Assembly (NCBI GenBank): GCA_015059375.1
Contig: SVAN01000003.1
Location: 27,211 to 91,210 of the forward strand
Length of the DNA stretch: 64,000 nucleotides
Reading direction: 5' to 3'
From: Bacillota bacterium
Lineage (GTDB): Bacteria > Bacillota_I > Bacilli_A > RF39 > UBA660
Within the stretch, counting starts at the first letter, position 1, and each line of letters starts with the position of its first letter. Positions 36,992 to 47,457 of the stretch are shown in pieces. The notes below the pieces were generated by a model. That model was not told the DNA's origin and did not search any database. It worked only from the letters and a program-made list of their open reading frames with translations. A program made the position numbers and the translations under genes.

Positions 36992-37291
36992 ATGGACAAG
37001 CCATATAAAATAACGTGTGTAGTTTTAGCGTCGATAATTGCGATTTTAGTGGTGATACTTATTCTATATTTGCAAAAAACATTTACAGTTACATTTGATA
37101 CTAAAGGTGGAACGATTTATCAAGCGGTAGAAGTAAGACCAAATACGCCAGTTATTAAACCATTAGATCCTGTAATGGAGGGTTTTCGATTTGTTGGTTG
37201 GTATGTTGGTAATACTGATGAAAAATTTGATTTTAATAGTAAAATTGCTAATGATATAACGATAACGGCTAAATGGGAACCGATTATTTAA
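36992..37291 (+). CDS. Membrane-anchored protein with one Listeria-Bacteroides (InlB B-repeat-like) repeat
   Basis: TM anchor followed by TVTFDT.GG......V......KP.DP...G..FVGWY......FDF...I..DITI.AKW, the List_Bact repeat pattern. A hairpin terminator follows (about 37292-37317). Confidence 0.65.
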   Translation: MDKPYKITCVVLASIIAILVVILILYLQKTFTVTFDTKGGTIYQAVEVRPNTPVIKPLDPVMEGFRFVGWYVGNTDEKFDFNSKIANDITITAKWEPII

Positions 37292-37345
37292 ACTCGTCTA
37301 CTGATGAGTTTTTTTGATTAAAGAAGGCACTTCGAGGAGTAGAAT

Positions 37346-38377
37346 ATGAAAAAAGAAAATTGGATTTTAATAATTATTGGCTTAGTATTTATTATTACGC
37401 CTTTTTTATTAAATTTTTATCATTTTTTTAGATTAATGAGTCTCTTAATTGGGATTATTATTACTTTATTAGGATTAATTATTTTTAAAACTAATAAAGC
37501 ATGGAAAATTATTGTTTATCCGATTATACTAATTACCGTTATTATTCTAGGCGATTTCTTTTTAGCTAGTGTGTTTAAAAGGGTTCCGGTTATAGCAATT
37601 GAATATCGTTCTTCTTCTTTTTCGTCAACATATAATAGTTTATTTTATCGAGTATATAATTGTAATGAAGTTTTAACTTTTGATGCAAATTATGAAAAAA
37701 ATTTTGTTTGTAATAAGGAAAGTTTAGAGTTAACCGCGATTAATAAATTTTTAGAGAGTCCTAAAGAAAATTTTGAAGAAAATCACGGTAAGTTTGTGCG
37801 TTTAGAAGGTAAAATTAATACGATTGTTGGCAATAGTTCTCTTACACTAAATGCATATGCTGATGAAAAAAACTTAAATGGGTATGTTGTCTTTGATGAA
37901 CATAAGAAAGTTATTATTGATGGTTTAAAAATTAATCCAAACGACTTTCATATCTATGACTATATTGAAGTAATAGGACTTGTTAAAGATTATCAAGAAA
38001 AAGATGAAAAGATAACAATTTATTTAACAGATGCCAAGGTTTTTCCATCGGAGTTATATCAAAATTATGAAGTGGTTGTAAATGAGGATAAGACTCTTAC
38101 TAAGAACAAGATTGAAGATAAGTTATATTATTTGGGTTTAAAAAGTATTTATTACAAATATGATGAAAATAATATATATGAATTAGAATATTTGATGTCC
38201 GATAAAAGAGAAAGTGTTGATAATTTGCTAAATGGGCTGGCGGGCACCATCATTAATGAAAAAGATGAACTTTATACCTTAGAAAAATATAATATAGTAA
38301 AATGTGAAAATAATGATGTTGTTTTTGTGAATCAAGATATTAATAATTTTGAAATGATATGTGATAAAGAGAATTAA
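37346..38377 (+). CDS. Hypothetical membrane protein (3 N-terminal TM spans + soluble C-domain)
   Basis: 343-aa ORF. No family recognised. Confidence 0.45.
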   Translation: MKKENWILIIIGLVFIITPFLLNFYHFFRLMSLLIGIIITLLGLIIFKTNKAWKIIVYPIILITVIILGDFFLASVFKRVPVIAIEYRSSSFSSTYNSLFYRVYNCNEVLTFDANYEKNFVCNKESLELTAINKFLESPKENFEENHGKFVRLEGKINTIVGNSSLTLNAYADEKNLNGYVVFDEHKKVIIDGLKINPNDFHIYDYIEVIGLVKDYQEKDEKITIYLTDAKVFPSELYQNYEVVVNEDKTLTKNKIEDKLYYLGLKSIYYKYDENNIYELEYLMSDKRESVDNLLNGLAGTIINEKDELYTLEKYNIVKCENNDVVFVNQDINNFEMICDKEN

Positions 38378-38404
38378 AAATAGTAATTAGTAAATAATAT
38401 AAAT

Positions 38405-39028
38405 ATGAAAAGGTTTATTAAAAATAGTTACTTATTTTTAATTTTTTTTATTCTTTTATTGAGTAAAAATTTTTGGTATGATTTATTTTCTCCAAAAAGA
38501 GAAATTAATTTAAGTGATATTGCAATTACCAAGCTAACTAATGAACTAAATGCTTTGAATTCGGATTTTTTGGCAAAAACCTCAGGGGTTTATGGAAGGG
38601 TTCTTTATCAAAATCCGTACAAGTATCAAGAAGAATTAGTTCTTGCGGCTAATGGTGAGAAGGTTAACAAAAATGATTATGTTATTTCTGAAATCGGTTT
38701 AATTGGTGTGGTTGATAAAGTTTATCAAAATCAGATAATTGTTAGAATGTTAACGAGTAAAGATTTGTTATTACAAGTAAAGATAAATAATTGTTATGGG
38801 CTATATTCGTATAACAAAAGGGCATTTATAAAAAATGTTAGCAATCTTTGTCCTATTAATTTTGGTGATCAAGTATATACTTCGAATCTTGGATACCAGG
38901 ATGACCAAATATTAATTGGAACAGTGAAAACGATTCATTTTTCAAGTGGAATTCCGGAAAAATTTGAGTTAGAATTAGCAAATGATTTTAATCGCTTAAA
39001 TTATCTTGTAATATTAACGGGGGATTAA
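38405..39028 (+). CDS. mreC: Rod shape-determining protein MreC-like
   Basis: 207 aa. N-terminal anchor, coiled segment, GLIG.V..V......V..L....... beta-domain pattern. Position upstream of an mreD-like gene and spoIVFA/B, as in Bacillus. Confidence 0.6.
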   Translation: MKRFIKNSYLFLIFFILLLSKNFWYDLFSPKREINLSDIAITKLTNELNALNSDFLAKTSGVYGRVLYQNPYKYQEELVLAANGEKVNKNDYVISEIGLIGVVDKVYQNQIIVRMLTSKDLLLQVKINNCYGLYSYNKRAFIKNVSNLCPINFGDQVYTSNLGYQDDQILIGTVKTIHFSSGIPEKFELELANDFNRLNYLVILTGD

Positions 39029-39029
39029 A

Positions 39030-39350
39030 ATGGGACTCCTTTTGGATTTATTTATTGCCACGTATACTCCGTATCCTAGTCTATTATTTTTAAATGTTTT
39101 AAATTATCAAAATTTTTATTATTTGCTTTTTATTGGGGGAACTATTGATTTTGTTTTGGCAAATACCTATGGCGTAGTTAGTGTTTTGCTTATTATTTTA
39201 TGGATTATTAATCGGTACATTAAAAATTATTTTTTAAAAAACTTTTTTAATTTTTTTCTTACTTTACTAATTTTAAAAATTCCTTTGCGATGGGAAAGTA
39301 TTTTTTTTCAATTAATATTCATTTACTTAATGAAAAAAACATATAATTAA
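39030..39350 (+). CDS. Small polytopic membrane protein, possibly MreD
   Basis: 106 aa and hydrophobic. Assigned only from its position after mreC. Much shorter than canonical MreD. Confidence 0.35.
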   Translation: MGLLLDLFIATYTPYPSLLFLNVLNYQNFYYLLFIGGTIDFVLANTYGVVSVLLIILWIINRYIKNYFLKNFFNFFLTLLILKIPLRWESIFFQLIFIYLMKKTYN

Positions 39351-39938
39351 TTGGTGATTAAAATGGATAGCAGCAGACTTTTAGATAATTACTTAGGTAC
39401 TCCACCACAAAAAAATATTTCTAAGTTTTTTACAAAGGTATTATGCTGTTTAATCTTTTTGTTTGCTAGTTTAATATTTACTTCATATAGTGATGAGAAT
39501 TTGGCTTTATACCACAAATGGGTTTTTGAAGAAAATTTCAATTTTATGGCTTTTAAAAATTTTTATCAAAATATTGCTTCTTCAAATCCTAAAAAAGACG
39601 AAGATAAGATGGTTTTTGGTCAAACTTTAGAGTATACGAATATAACGCCATATCAAAATGGACAAAGTTTGGAAATAGGGGTAGATGTTCCCATTAATTC
39701 TTTGGGTGGGGGAATTGTTGTTTTTGTGGGCGAAAAAGAAGGTTTTAATAAGACAATAATCATCCAAGGAAGCGATGGGTATGACATTTGGTATGGAAAT
39801 TTAGAAAATATAGATATCAATATCTATGACTACATTGAAGCAGGAAAAATTATGGCTTCAGCATCTGATTCGTTATATCTATTAATTACAAAGGATGCTA
39901 AGTATTATACTTATGAAGAATATCAAAATCAAATTTAA
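39351..39938 (+). CDS. SpoIVFA-like protein (TM anchor + degenerate LytM/M23 domain)
   Basis: 195 aa. C-terminal G.IVVFVGEKEGFNKTIIIQGSDGYDIWYGNL..I.I..YDYIEAGK resembles an M23 fold lacking the catalytic His. It sits immediately upstream of spoIVFB. The start could be the ATG at 39363. Confidence 0.5.
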   Translation: MVIKMDSSRLLDNYLGTPPQKNISKFFTKVLCCLIFLFASLIFTSYSDENLALYHKWVFEENFNFMAFKNFYQNIASSNPKKDEDKMVFGQTLEYTNITPYQNGQSLEIGVDVPINSLGGGIVVFVGEKEGFNKTIIIQGSDGYDIWYGNLENIDINIYDYIEAGKIMASASDSLYLLITKDAKYYTYEEYQNQI

Positions 39939-40653
39939 TAATTTAACTCTTTATTTTCTTTTGATTGCTTTACTATCTGGCTATATAAAAAATGCTTTAG
40001 TTATTTTGTTAATTGTTCTTTTTCATGAACTGGGGCATATTGTTGTCGCAAAAATGCTGGGTTATAAAATTATAGAAGTAGAAATCTTTCCTTTTGGTGG
40101 AATTACTAAAATTGATAAAATGCTTAATACTAAAATTTATAAAGACCTACTGATCAGCGTTTTTGGCGTATTGTTCCAACTTTTAATTTATTTAGCTTGC
40201 TTAATGGGAATTATTGACAGTCCTTTAGTATATGAATATAATTTATCAATTATGCTTTTTAATTTGCTGCCCATCATTCCTTTAGATGGTTCTAAAATTA
40301 TTTTTGAACTTTTAAATTATCGGCTTTCGTATAAAAAATCCTTAATAATATATTCGGTTTTATCATGTTTATTCATTGTACTTTATTTTCTTTTTAATTA
40401 TCATTATGAATTAAATAATTATATGATAATAATTTTATTTGTTTGTAAAACTGTAGAAGTATTTAATAAACGAACAATAATTCATCATAAATTTATTATA
40501 GAAAGATTTTTATATAATCCGGAATTTAGCAAAGTTAAAAATACTAATGAGACAGTAGGGAAGTATCGTAAAGAGTATCGATATTATTATCATTTGGATA
40601 ATCGTATATTAACGGAAAAAGAGTATTTAAAAAAAATATATCAAAAAGATTGA
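39913..40653 (+). CDS. spoIVFB: Pro-sigma-K processing metalloprotease SpoIVFB (M50 site-2 protease)
   Basis: HELGH zinc motif in a TM helix, plus NLLPIIPLDGSKI (the NxxPxxxLDG motif). Synteny with rplU-prp-rpmA-obg as in B. subtilis. Confidence 0.8.
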   Translation: MKNIKIKFNNLTLYFLLIALLSGYIKNALVILLIVLFHELGHIVVAKMLGYKIIEVEIFPFGGITKIDKMLNTKIYKDLLISVFGVLFQLLIYLACLMGIIDSPLVYEYNLSIMLFNLLPIIPLDGSKIIFELLNYRLSYKKSLIIYSVLSCLFIVLYFLFNYHYELNNYMIIILFVCKTVEVFNKRTIIHHKFIIERFLYNPEFSKVKNTNETVGKYRKEYRYYYHLDNRILTEKEYLKKIYQKD

Positions 40654-40669
40654 AAATAGATCTCTTTGT

Positions 40670-40698
40670 TTGACAAATATGCCGTTTTTTGGTAAGAT
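40670..40698 (+). promoter_or_regulatory. Sigma-A promoter of the rplU operon
   Basis: TTGACA (40670-75), 17-nt spacer, TAAGAT (40693-98). Confidence 0.55.
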
Positions 40699-40704
40699 GG
40701 ATAC

Positions 40705-40790
40705 GCTTTAAGTCATTTCATCCACTCTAAAAAGGTTTCAAAATACTTAGTATTACCTTAAAGGTGTGACTTATTAATGTTTAAGGAGGA
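40705..40790 (+). ncRNA. Structured rplU 5' leader (candidate ribosomal protein L21 leader)
   Basis: Nested helices are visible: AAGTCA (40710-15) / TGACTT (40767-72), AAGGT (40732-36) / ACCTT (40755-59), and AATAC (40742-46) / GTATT (40750-54). An L21 leader is known upstream of rplU in Firmicutes. I could not align this one to the family model. Confidence 0.45.
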
Positions 40791-40797
40791 AAGAGAA

Positions 40798-41097
40798 ATG
40801 AAAGCTATATTTAAAACAGGTGGCAAACAATATTATGTTGCTGAAAACGACAGAGTTTACATTGAAAAATTAGATGCTGAAGCAGGAAGCAAAGTTACTT
40901 TTGATGAAGTATTATTTGTTGACGGAAAAACTGGTAACCCTACAGTAAAAGGTGCTACTATTGAAGCTGAAGTTATCAAAAATGGTCGTGCAAAAAAAAT
41001 TAAAGTATTTAAGTATCGTCCTAAAAAGAAATATCGTAAAACTCAAGGTCATAGACAACCATATACTTTAGTAGAAATCAAAAAAATTAATGGTTAA
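40798..41097 (+). CDS. rplU: 50S ribosomal protein L21
   Basis: Start moved to [13 protein letters not shown] after an AGGAGG RBS. Canonical L21 sequence. Confidence 0.95.
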   Translation: MKAIFKTGGKQYYVAENDRVYIEKLDAEAGSKVTFDEVLFVDGKTGNPTVKGATIEAEVIKNGRAKKIKVFKYRPKKKYRKTQGHRQPYTLVEIKKING

Positions 41098-41100
41098 TAA

Positions 41101-41391
41101 ATGATTAAAGTTGTTTTAAAAGATAACGTAATTACTATTAGTGGTCATGCTAATAGTGGAGAGTATGGAAAAGATATAGTATGTGCTAGTGTATCTAGTA
41201 TAATATATACTACAATTAATGCTCTAAAAAAAATTCAGGAATCTTCGATTGAAGTAGAAGATAATGCGTCAATGATTATTAAAATTCTTACAGAAGATGA
41301 AATTGTAAAGATTTTAATTGATAATATGATGGAATTATTAAAAGCTTTATCAAATGATTATCCTAAAAATTTAAGTGTAAAGGAGAATTAA
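41101..41391 (+). CDS. prp: Ribosomal-processing cysteine protease Prp (YsxB)
   Basis: 96 aa. GHA......G.DIVCA.VS pattern containing the catalytic His/Cys. Located between rplU and rpmA. Confidence 0.85.
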   Translation: MIKVVLKDNVITISGHANSGEYGKDIVCASVSSIIYTTINALKKIQESSIEVEDNASMIIKILTEDEIVKILIDNMMELLKALSNDYPKNLSVKEN

Positions 41392-41392
41392 G

Positions 41393-41674
41393 ATGTTTTT
41401 TAAATTAAATATTCAACGTTTTGCCCATGTTAAAGCTCAAGGTTCAACTAAAAACAACCGTGATTCTGCGGGACGTAGACTTGGAGCTAAACTTGCTGAT
41501 GGTCAAACATGTAGCGCTGGAAGCATTATTTATCGTCAAAGAGGAACAAAAATTTATCCAGGAACTAATGTAGGAATGGGTAAGGATCATACTTTATTTG
41601 CTAAAATTGATGGCGTAGTTAAGTATGAAAGACTTGGCCGCGATAAGAAAAAAGTTAGTGTTTACGAAAAATAA
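41393..41674 (+). CDS. rpmA: 50S ribosomal protein L27 (with cleavable N-terminal extension)
   Basis: [30 protein letters not shown] is an L27 with the Firmicute pro-peptide ending in FA. Confidence 0.95.
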   Translation: MFFKLNIQRFAHVKAQGSTKNNRDSAGRRLGAKLADGQTCSAGSIIYRQRGTKIYPGTNVGMGKDHTLFAKIDGVVKYERLGRDKKKVSVYEK

Positions 41675-41801
41675 TTAGCAAACTAACAGAAAAAATAGGT
41701 ACTTTTAAAGTATCTATTTTTTTGTGAAGTTTTTGTGGACAGAGAAAAATTTTGAGTATATAATTAATATGAAATAATAAGTAAAGATAGGAGTAAAAGA
41801 G

Positions 41802-44800
41802 ATGAAAAAAATATTTTCAAAACAAGTGCAAATTATTTTATTTATAATAATGTTATTTGCATTTTCACCTAATGTTTTTGCACAAAGTTTTGATGGTATA
41901 ATGTATAATTTAGATGATTCGGCCCAATTATCTAAATTTAGTGATGGAAATCTAATTCTTTATACCGAAGAAACTGTTAATCTTGTATTTGATTCGTCGC
42001 AATCAGTGTACGAGGTTACTTCATGTGAAATACTTGATAATTTTCCTGCTACAGCCACATTTAATGATGGGGTATGCACAATTAAAACTAATCATTATGG
42101 AAGGTTTGAATTGCTAGTTAATTATGCAAGTGAATGGTCGAATTACAATTTTGTAATTGGGGGCTATTCGGTTTCCGACGATTTGTTCGTTGACATTGAA
42201 TCAGCATATTTTTATAATCGTGATTTTACACATTATGAATATTATCGATTTAATAGTGATGAAAAATTAAGTAAAGCCTTTAATGTTTATCGGAATTGTT
42301 ATACAACTGTGGACGGCTATCATTGTGATGTGAATTATTCATTCCCTTATGGGCCAAGTAAAAGCACTTCTTTTAGTGGTGCGTTAACTGGTTTAAATGT
42401 TATGGTGCCTTCGAATATGTATGTTGCTGATCGGTTTTACAATGCATTTGAAGATCAAGAACTGTTAATTACTGATGAAAGCGTTGTTAAATATGAAGAC
42501 GGTGCATTAATTGCTCTTAAAGAAGGTAATACAACAATTTATGTAATTGATAAGAAAACTAATAAATTTTATTTTACTCAAGTAAAGGTTGAAAATCAAA
42601 ATATTATTGGGGCATATGAACGATTAGAATTTAATACTGCATATTTTAATGAAAGAATTGAATTAGTTCCAACCAGTATCGAAGTAAATGCTAATGATTA
42701 TTACACTTCGTCATCCGCTGTGCTTGAAGACTTTGTTGTTAAACATCTTTTTGGTGAAGCGTATGTTGGTAAAGATTATAATAATTTAAATGTTTGGTAT
42801 AACACTCCTGATTGGAATAATCCCAATATTATAAATGTTCATGTATCATTTTTACCTAATGATAGTGAAGAATATATTGAACATGTATTTGAGAATATAA
42901 CAATTAGTTATTTTGGAGTATATTTTTCTAATAATATTCAATATGGTACATCTCAAACATTTTATAATTTTGTGCAAGTATATGGTGATGAAGAAGTTAC
43001 ATATACATATGATGAAAACTACATATCAATTGAAAATGGGATAATAACTCCGATTAAGCATGGATGCTTTAATATGAGCGTGACAGCGGGAAATAATACC
43101 ACCTCTAAAGAAGTTTGTGTATTTTTTTCTCACGAAGAGCAAAGAGAATTAAGAAGTGCTATTAATTTAATTCCAACATATGAGTTTGAAAATTCTAAAG
43201 ATGATTTTAGCAATAACTTAGAATACTTAGAAAAGTTAGTTAATGCTAAATATATGGAAGACATCCCTGAAAAGTATCATGATTATATTGAACTAAAAAC
43301 AATTTGTGTTAATCCCAAGTTATGTGCTACTGCTATTGATGGCGATTTACTTAATCCCGATTATTTTTATAAAAGCATAAGATATACAAATTCTAATGAA
43401 TCTTTAAATAGTGTACCTAATGTTATTAGTAATATTAAAGATGTCTATTTAGTAGGTTTTGATGATTTTATTAAAATAAATAATGCTGCTAAAGGGAATG
43501 AAGAAGCTTATTATGAAAAAATTATTGATGTGGTAAACTTAGAAGAACTTTTAAAAGACACACCAATCACAGCATCAGTAGTTAATAAAAAACAATATGG
43601 AATAGATAATCGTATTTATGGAAATTTAACATTTGTATTAAATTTATCAGTGGATTCAAAAATTATTTATTCTAAAGAAATAGCTATAGTAACAAATCCG
43701 TTTATTCATCTTTCTATAGACATAGAACAAAATGATATAAAAAGAGCAGAATATATAAATGAATATTTAAAAGAATTACTTGAAGTTGAAAACGTTAATT
43801 GTGTAATTAGTGATACTTTTGTTTCGGCATTTATAAATGATGAATATACAATAAAATTTGGTTATACTCAAGATCCAATTATTCCGGTAACTTCATTGTC
43901 ATATTTATATACGCATTATGAAATGAATGTAGGTGATCAAGTTCAAGTTGAGCTTGCATACTATCCTGCAAATGCTAATCAAATGCCTAACTTAATATAT
44001 ACTTCATTAAATGAGGATGTAGTTACAGTTGATGAAAATGGCGTTGTAACTGCATTAAAGAATGGTTATGGCGAAATCCTGATTCGTAGTGATATCGGAT
44101 ACATTTATTCAATTGTTATATTAGTTGGAACTAATATGCAGGCATTTCTTGATAGTTTAGTAGATGATATTAATACTCATGTTGAAGTTAACTACGGGGA
44201 ATATAGGTCAAGTGGTATGTATGCAATTGAAAATCAAATTCGTCCTCAAACTATGGATTATAATAGTGGCTGGTGGAAGTATTCCGGAAGCATTAATGAA
44301 GTAGGTAATGAACTATATTATACGAAGTGGCATTGGGGAAATGGCCCAGGAGAAGAATATCAAAAGTTTGAATCAAAACCGGTTAAAATCACCTATGTTT
44401 TAAAAGGTATTGATATTGAATATGAACATTACTATTTAGATCTTTTAGAAAAAACAAAAGTTAATTTAACTTATAGTGAAGGTGATACTTCAAAATTATA
44501 TTACCGAGTTGATAAACCTGGAATAGTATCGTTTAATTTAAATGGAGATTTAATGGGGCTTGCTCCAGGCATTACGCGAGTTGATATTTATGGCAAAAAA
44601 GAGACATATTTTAATTATTTTTATGTTTACGTTGATGAAAGTAACTTTATAAATACTAAACTTCGTGAACTTGAACAAAAAGGCGTTGTAATTGATGCTA
44701 GCTATATTGAATGGAGTCCAAATTCTGGAGTTAAATATAAAATCGATGATTATTTAGACTTCTATATGTTTAATCCGATTGTTGATTGTGATACTGAAAG

Positions 44801-46655
44801 CCAAATATGTTCTTATGAACTTGAATTAAATGGTCAAACTTATACTGCCTCAATCCCATATACAATAGAGGGAATGCTTATCAATGGCGACACGCATGTA
44901 TATTTAAATTCAGGTCAAACTCATCAATTAAATATTACAAATTATACCCTAAATGATAATAAGACTATAAATTATCGCTCGTTTGACGAAAGTATTTGTA
45001 CAGTCACAAGTGCAGGCTTAATTACTGCCAATAAAAAAGGAATATGTCCGGTTTTAGCTTCAAACGTAAATAATTCCGCAATTGCAGTCAACGTTGTTGT
45101 TGATGCTGAGCAAATCCGCACTGATTTAGCAAGTGAATATAACAAAATTCCAGATGAAGTTAATGTAGATGTTGTTCGCTATTCTGATGAAATTGATAGT
45201 GGAGATGATACTGAAGCATATATAATTTATTTGAATGAATATTTTAGACAATTCTTTGGAGGCAGTAAAGATTACTATTTCATGTTTGGCCTTGGTGCTT
45301 TAAGTGAAAGTGATGATAATATTTTAGAAGTAACATTTGATAAAAACTACAGCTTTGAATATAATGGAAATTATTGGTCAACAACATTTACGCCTAATGG
45401 TAGTAAAAAGGTTAAATTTAATTTCTTAGAAGAACCAATGGTTGCTGACCAAAATCTTGATACGATAAAAGAGTCGCTTGTTCACGATTATGACTTAACG
45501 ATGTCAGAGGCATTAAGATATCGAGTATCACAAAAAGGAATTGGCGGAATTGTTGATTATTGTAGTGAATTTAAAAATTCTATTCATAGATTTGCTGGTT
45601 ATGATTATATATTTGATGCCAGAGCAGGAAGTGCATTTGACGGAACAACTGCTGTAGAAGGTGGATTTGTTGTTGTTACTTACAATGGTGCTCCAGTTTA
45701 TTCTACTCAAGCATTCTTTACTGCAAGATATTATTTACCGAGTGATGCGCCTCAAAATCAAGCTGCATTTATTGAATATTTAAAAAATGTTATTAAAGAA
45801 GAGTTTTTAAAACTAATCGATCCAACTGATAACCAATATGGGGTTGGAATGACTATGGAACCGAGAACTGTTCTTTATGCTGGTACACCAAATGTTGAAC
45901 CAAATGTCGAAGTAGAGTATCTTAAAAATTCTGGAAGTGGTGAGTTATATTTAGTAACAATAAATGATTTGAGTTTTGGTCTAGAAGTAGCCCGTGATAA
46001 AAACATTGATTATCCAGATATGGCAACAAATATTACTCTAAATACTGATAAAATGACTTTAGACCTTGGGCAAAGTGCTAAGGTGACTTATACACTAGAA
46101 CCAATTGGCGCTGCAAAAGCCAAAGTATATTGGTTTACATCAAATCCAAATGTTGCAAGAGTTGACAATGGTCAAATATTTGCTGTAGGAGCTGGTGAGG
46201 CTATAATAACAGCTTCAGTTGATGGTGTATCCGCAACAGTTCTAGTAACAGTTAATAACAAAAAACTTGATCAAATAATAACTAGTCAAGGGTATAAATT
46301 ATCAGGTACTTTTGTTCATGGATTTGGTTTAGATGAAACAATTGCTAGCCTGCAAAATAAAATCGGAAATGATATTACAATTGAAAGTAATAATAATAAA
46401 ATCGTAGGAACTGGTACTAAAATTACATATAAAGGGCAACAATTTGTAGCAGTTATATATGGCGATTTATCTGGAGATGGTGTAATCAATTCTGCTGACC
46501 TTTTAAAAATGCGTCAACATTTATTAGGAACAGGTGTATTGGAAGGTGCTTACAAACAAGCAGCATCGGTAGTCAATGGCCAAACAATTAATTCTGCTGA
46601 TTTGCTAAAATTAAGACAACATTTGCTTGGTACCAATATAATTGTTCAAGGATAG
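41802..46655 (+). CDS. Giant secreted protein with Big_2 Ig-like domains and a C-terminal dockerin-like module
   Basis: 1617 aa. Signal peptide (...SPNVFA-QS). At least three Big_2-like segments, for example VTVDENGVVTALKNGYGEILI and NPNVARVDNGQIFAVGAGEAIITASVDGVSATVLVTV. The C-terminus GDLSGDGVINSADLLKMRQHLLG...VVNGQTINSADLLKLRQHLLG is a duplicated dockerin-type EF-hand repeat with a degenerate second loop. Confidence 0.8.
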   Translation: MKKIFSKQVQIILFIIMLFAFSPNVFAQSFDGIMYNLDDSAQLSKFSDGNLILYTEETVNLVFDSSQSVYEVTSCEILDNFPATATFNDGVCTIKTNHYGRFELLVNYASEWSNYNFVIGGYSVSDDLFVDIESAYFYNRDFTHYEYYRFNSDEKLSKAFNVYRNCYTTVDGYHCDVNYSFPYGPSKSTSFSGALTGLNVMVPSNMYVADRFYNAFEDQELLITDESVVKYEDGALIALKEGNTTIYVIDKKTNKFYFTQVKVENQNIIGAYERLEFNTAYFNERIELVPTSIEVNANDYYTSSSAVLEDFVVKHLFGEAYVGKDYNNLNVWYNTPDWNNPNIINVHVSFLPNDSEEYIEHVFENITISYFGVYFSNNIQYGTSQTFYNFVQVYGDEEVTYTYDENYISIENGIITPIKHGCFNMSVTAGNNTTSKEVCVFFSHEEQRELRSAINLIPTYEFENSKDDFSNNLEYLEKLVNAKYMEDIPEKYHDYIELKTICVNPKLCATAIDGDLLNPDYFYKSIRYTNSNESLNSVPNVISNIKDVYLVGFDDFIKINNAAKGNEEAYYEKIIDVVNLEELLKDTPITASVVNKKQYGIDNRIYGNLTFVLNLSVDSKIIYSKEIAIVTNPFIHLSIDIEQNDIKRAEYINEYLKELLEVENVNCVISDTFVSAFINDEYTIKFGYTQDPIIPVTSLSYLYTHYEMNVGDQVQVELAYYPANANQMPNLIYTSLNEDVVTVDENGVVTALKNGYGEILIRSDIGYIYSIVILVGTNMQAFLDSLVDDINTHVEVNYGEYRSSGMYAIENQIRPQTMDYNSGWWKYSGSINEVGNELYYTKWHWGNGPGEEYQKFESKPVKITYVLKGIDIEYEHYYLDLLEKTKVNLTYSEGDTSKLYYRVDKPGIVSFNLNGDLMGLAPGITRVDIYGKKETYFNYFYVYVDESNFINTKLRELEQKGVVIDASYIEWSPNSGVKYKIDDYLDFYMFNPIVDCDTESQICSYELELNGQTYTASIPYTIEGMLINGDTHVYLNSGQTHQLNITNYTLNDNKTINYRSFDESICTVTSAGLITANKKGICPVLASNVNNSAIAVNVVVDAEQIRTDLASEYNKIPDEVNVDVVRYSDEIDSGDDTEAYIIYLNEYFRQFFGGSKDYYFMFGLGALSESDDNILEVTFDKNYSFEYNGNYWSTTFTPNGSKKVKFNFLEEPMVADQNLDTIKESLVHDYDLTMSEALRYRVSQKGIGGIVDYCSEFKNSIHRFAGYDYIFDARAGSAFDGTTAVEGGFVVVTYNGAPVYSTQAFFTARYYLPSDAPQNQAAFIEYLKNVIKEEFLKLIDPTDNQYGVGMTMEPRTVLYAGTPNVEPNVEVEYLKNSGSGELYLVTINDLSFGLEVARDKNIDYPDMATNITLNTDKMTLDLGQSAKVTYTLEPIGAAKAKVYWFTSNPNVARVDNGQIFAVGAGEAIITASVDGVSATVLVTVNNKKLDQIITSQGYKLSGTFVHGFGLDETIASLQNKIGNDITIESNNNKIVGTGTKITYKGQQFVAVIYGDLSGDGVINSADLLKMRQHLLGTGVLEGAYKQAASVVNGQTINSADLLKLRQHLLGTNIIVQG

Positions 46656-46662
46656 GAGAAAA

Positions 46663-47451
46663 ATGAAAAGATTATTAAGTTTATTATTAGGTTTATTATG
46701 CATGATGCCTGTTTGCGTTTTTGCAGCAGGCACTGCTAAGATTAGTGCTCCAAGTAGCGTTGAAAATGGCTCGAATGTTTCAATGAGCGTTACAGTTTCT
46801 GGCGTTGCAGCATGGAATTTAACGTTATCTGGTTCTGGAGCAACGACGGGGTGTACTAGTAAAGTGGCTGATGTTACAGCGGATGCAAGTAACACGACTA
46901 AAACTTTTAGCGTAACATGTAAAGCGACAAAAGTTGGTACAATTTATTTTCAAGTAATTGGGGATATTACGAGTGCTGATGGAACAAATAGTCCTGTTTC
47001 GCTTACGAAAAATGTAACTGTAGTTACGCCTAGAGAAAGAGATAAGGAATCGCGATTAGAATCTTTAAAAATAGATGGCTATGAAATTGACTTTGATAAA
47101 GATAAAACTTCATATGCAATCGAAGTAGAATATGATGTTAATTCTGTTAAAGTTGATGCCGATTCTTTGAGTAGTAAAGCCAAGGTCGAAATTGATAATC
47201 CAGAATATTTAATTTTTGGTGAAAATACCATTTTAATTAAAGTAACTAGTGAAAGTGGTGATATCAAAAATTATACAATTAAGGTTACTAAAAATAAGCC
47301 GGTATTAGAATGCGAAGAGTGTCCAGTACCAGAACCGGTTAAATGTGAAAAACCAACTAATACTGGTTATATTGTTACAATCAGTATTGAAGCAGTAGCG
47401 CTTATTAGTTTACTAGGATATCTAATTTATGATAAGAAAATAAAAAAATAA
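46663..47451 (+). CDS. Secreted, C-terminally membrane-anchored protein: about 100-aa beta-sandwich (cohesin-like?) + cadherin-like beta-sandwich domain
   Basis: Start moved to MKRLLSLLLGLL (signal peptide ...VFA-AG). The middle segment SRLESLKIDGYEIDFDKDKTSYAIEV....V.V.A......A.V.I........GEN.I.I.V.SE.G....YTI.V matches the cadherin-like beta-sandwich pattern common in Clostridia. C-terminal TM IVTISIEAVALISLLGYLIY. Confidence 0.65.
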   Translation: MKRLLSLLLGLLCMMPVCVFAAGTAKISAPSSVENGSNVSMSVTVSGVAAWNLTLSGSGATTGCTSKVADVTADASNTTKTFSVTCKATKVGTIYFQVIGDITSADGTNSPVSLTKNVTVVTPRERDKESRLESLKIDGYEIDFDKDKTSYAIEVEYDVNSVKVDADSLSSKAKVEIDNPEYLIFGENTILIKVTSESGDIKNYTIKVTKNKPVLECEECPVPEPVKCEKPTNTGYIVTISIEAVALISLLGYLIYDKKIKK

Positions 47452-47457
47452 GATTTT

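Noticed and set aside
41393-41440. The unusual L27 pro-peptide ([17 protein letters not shown] instead of ...FFA/SKKG).
   Set aside because: Prp is encoded immediately upstream and the F-A cleavage dipeptide is retained. This looks like normal lineage variation.
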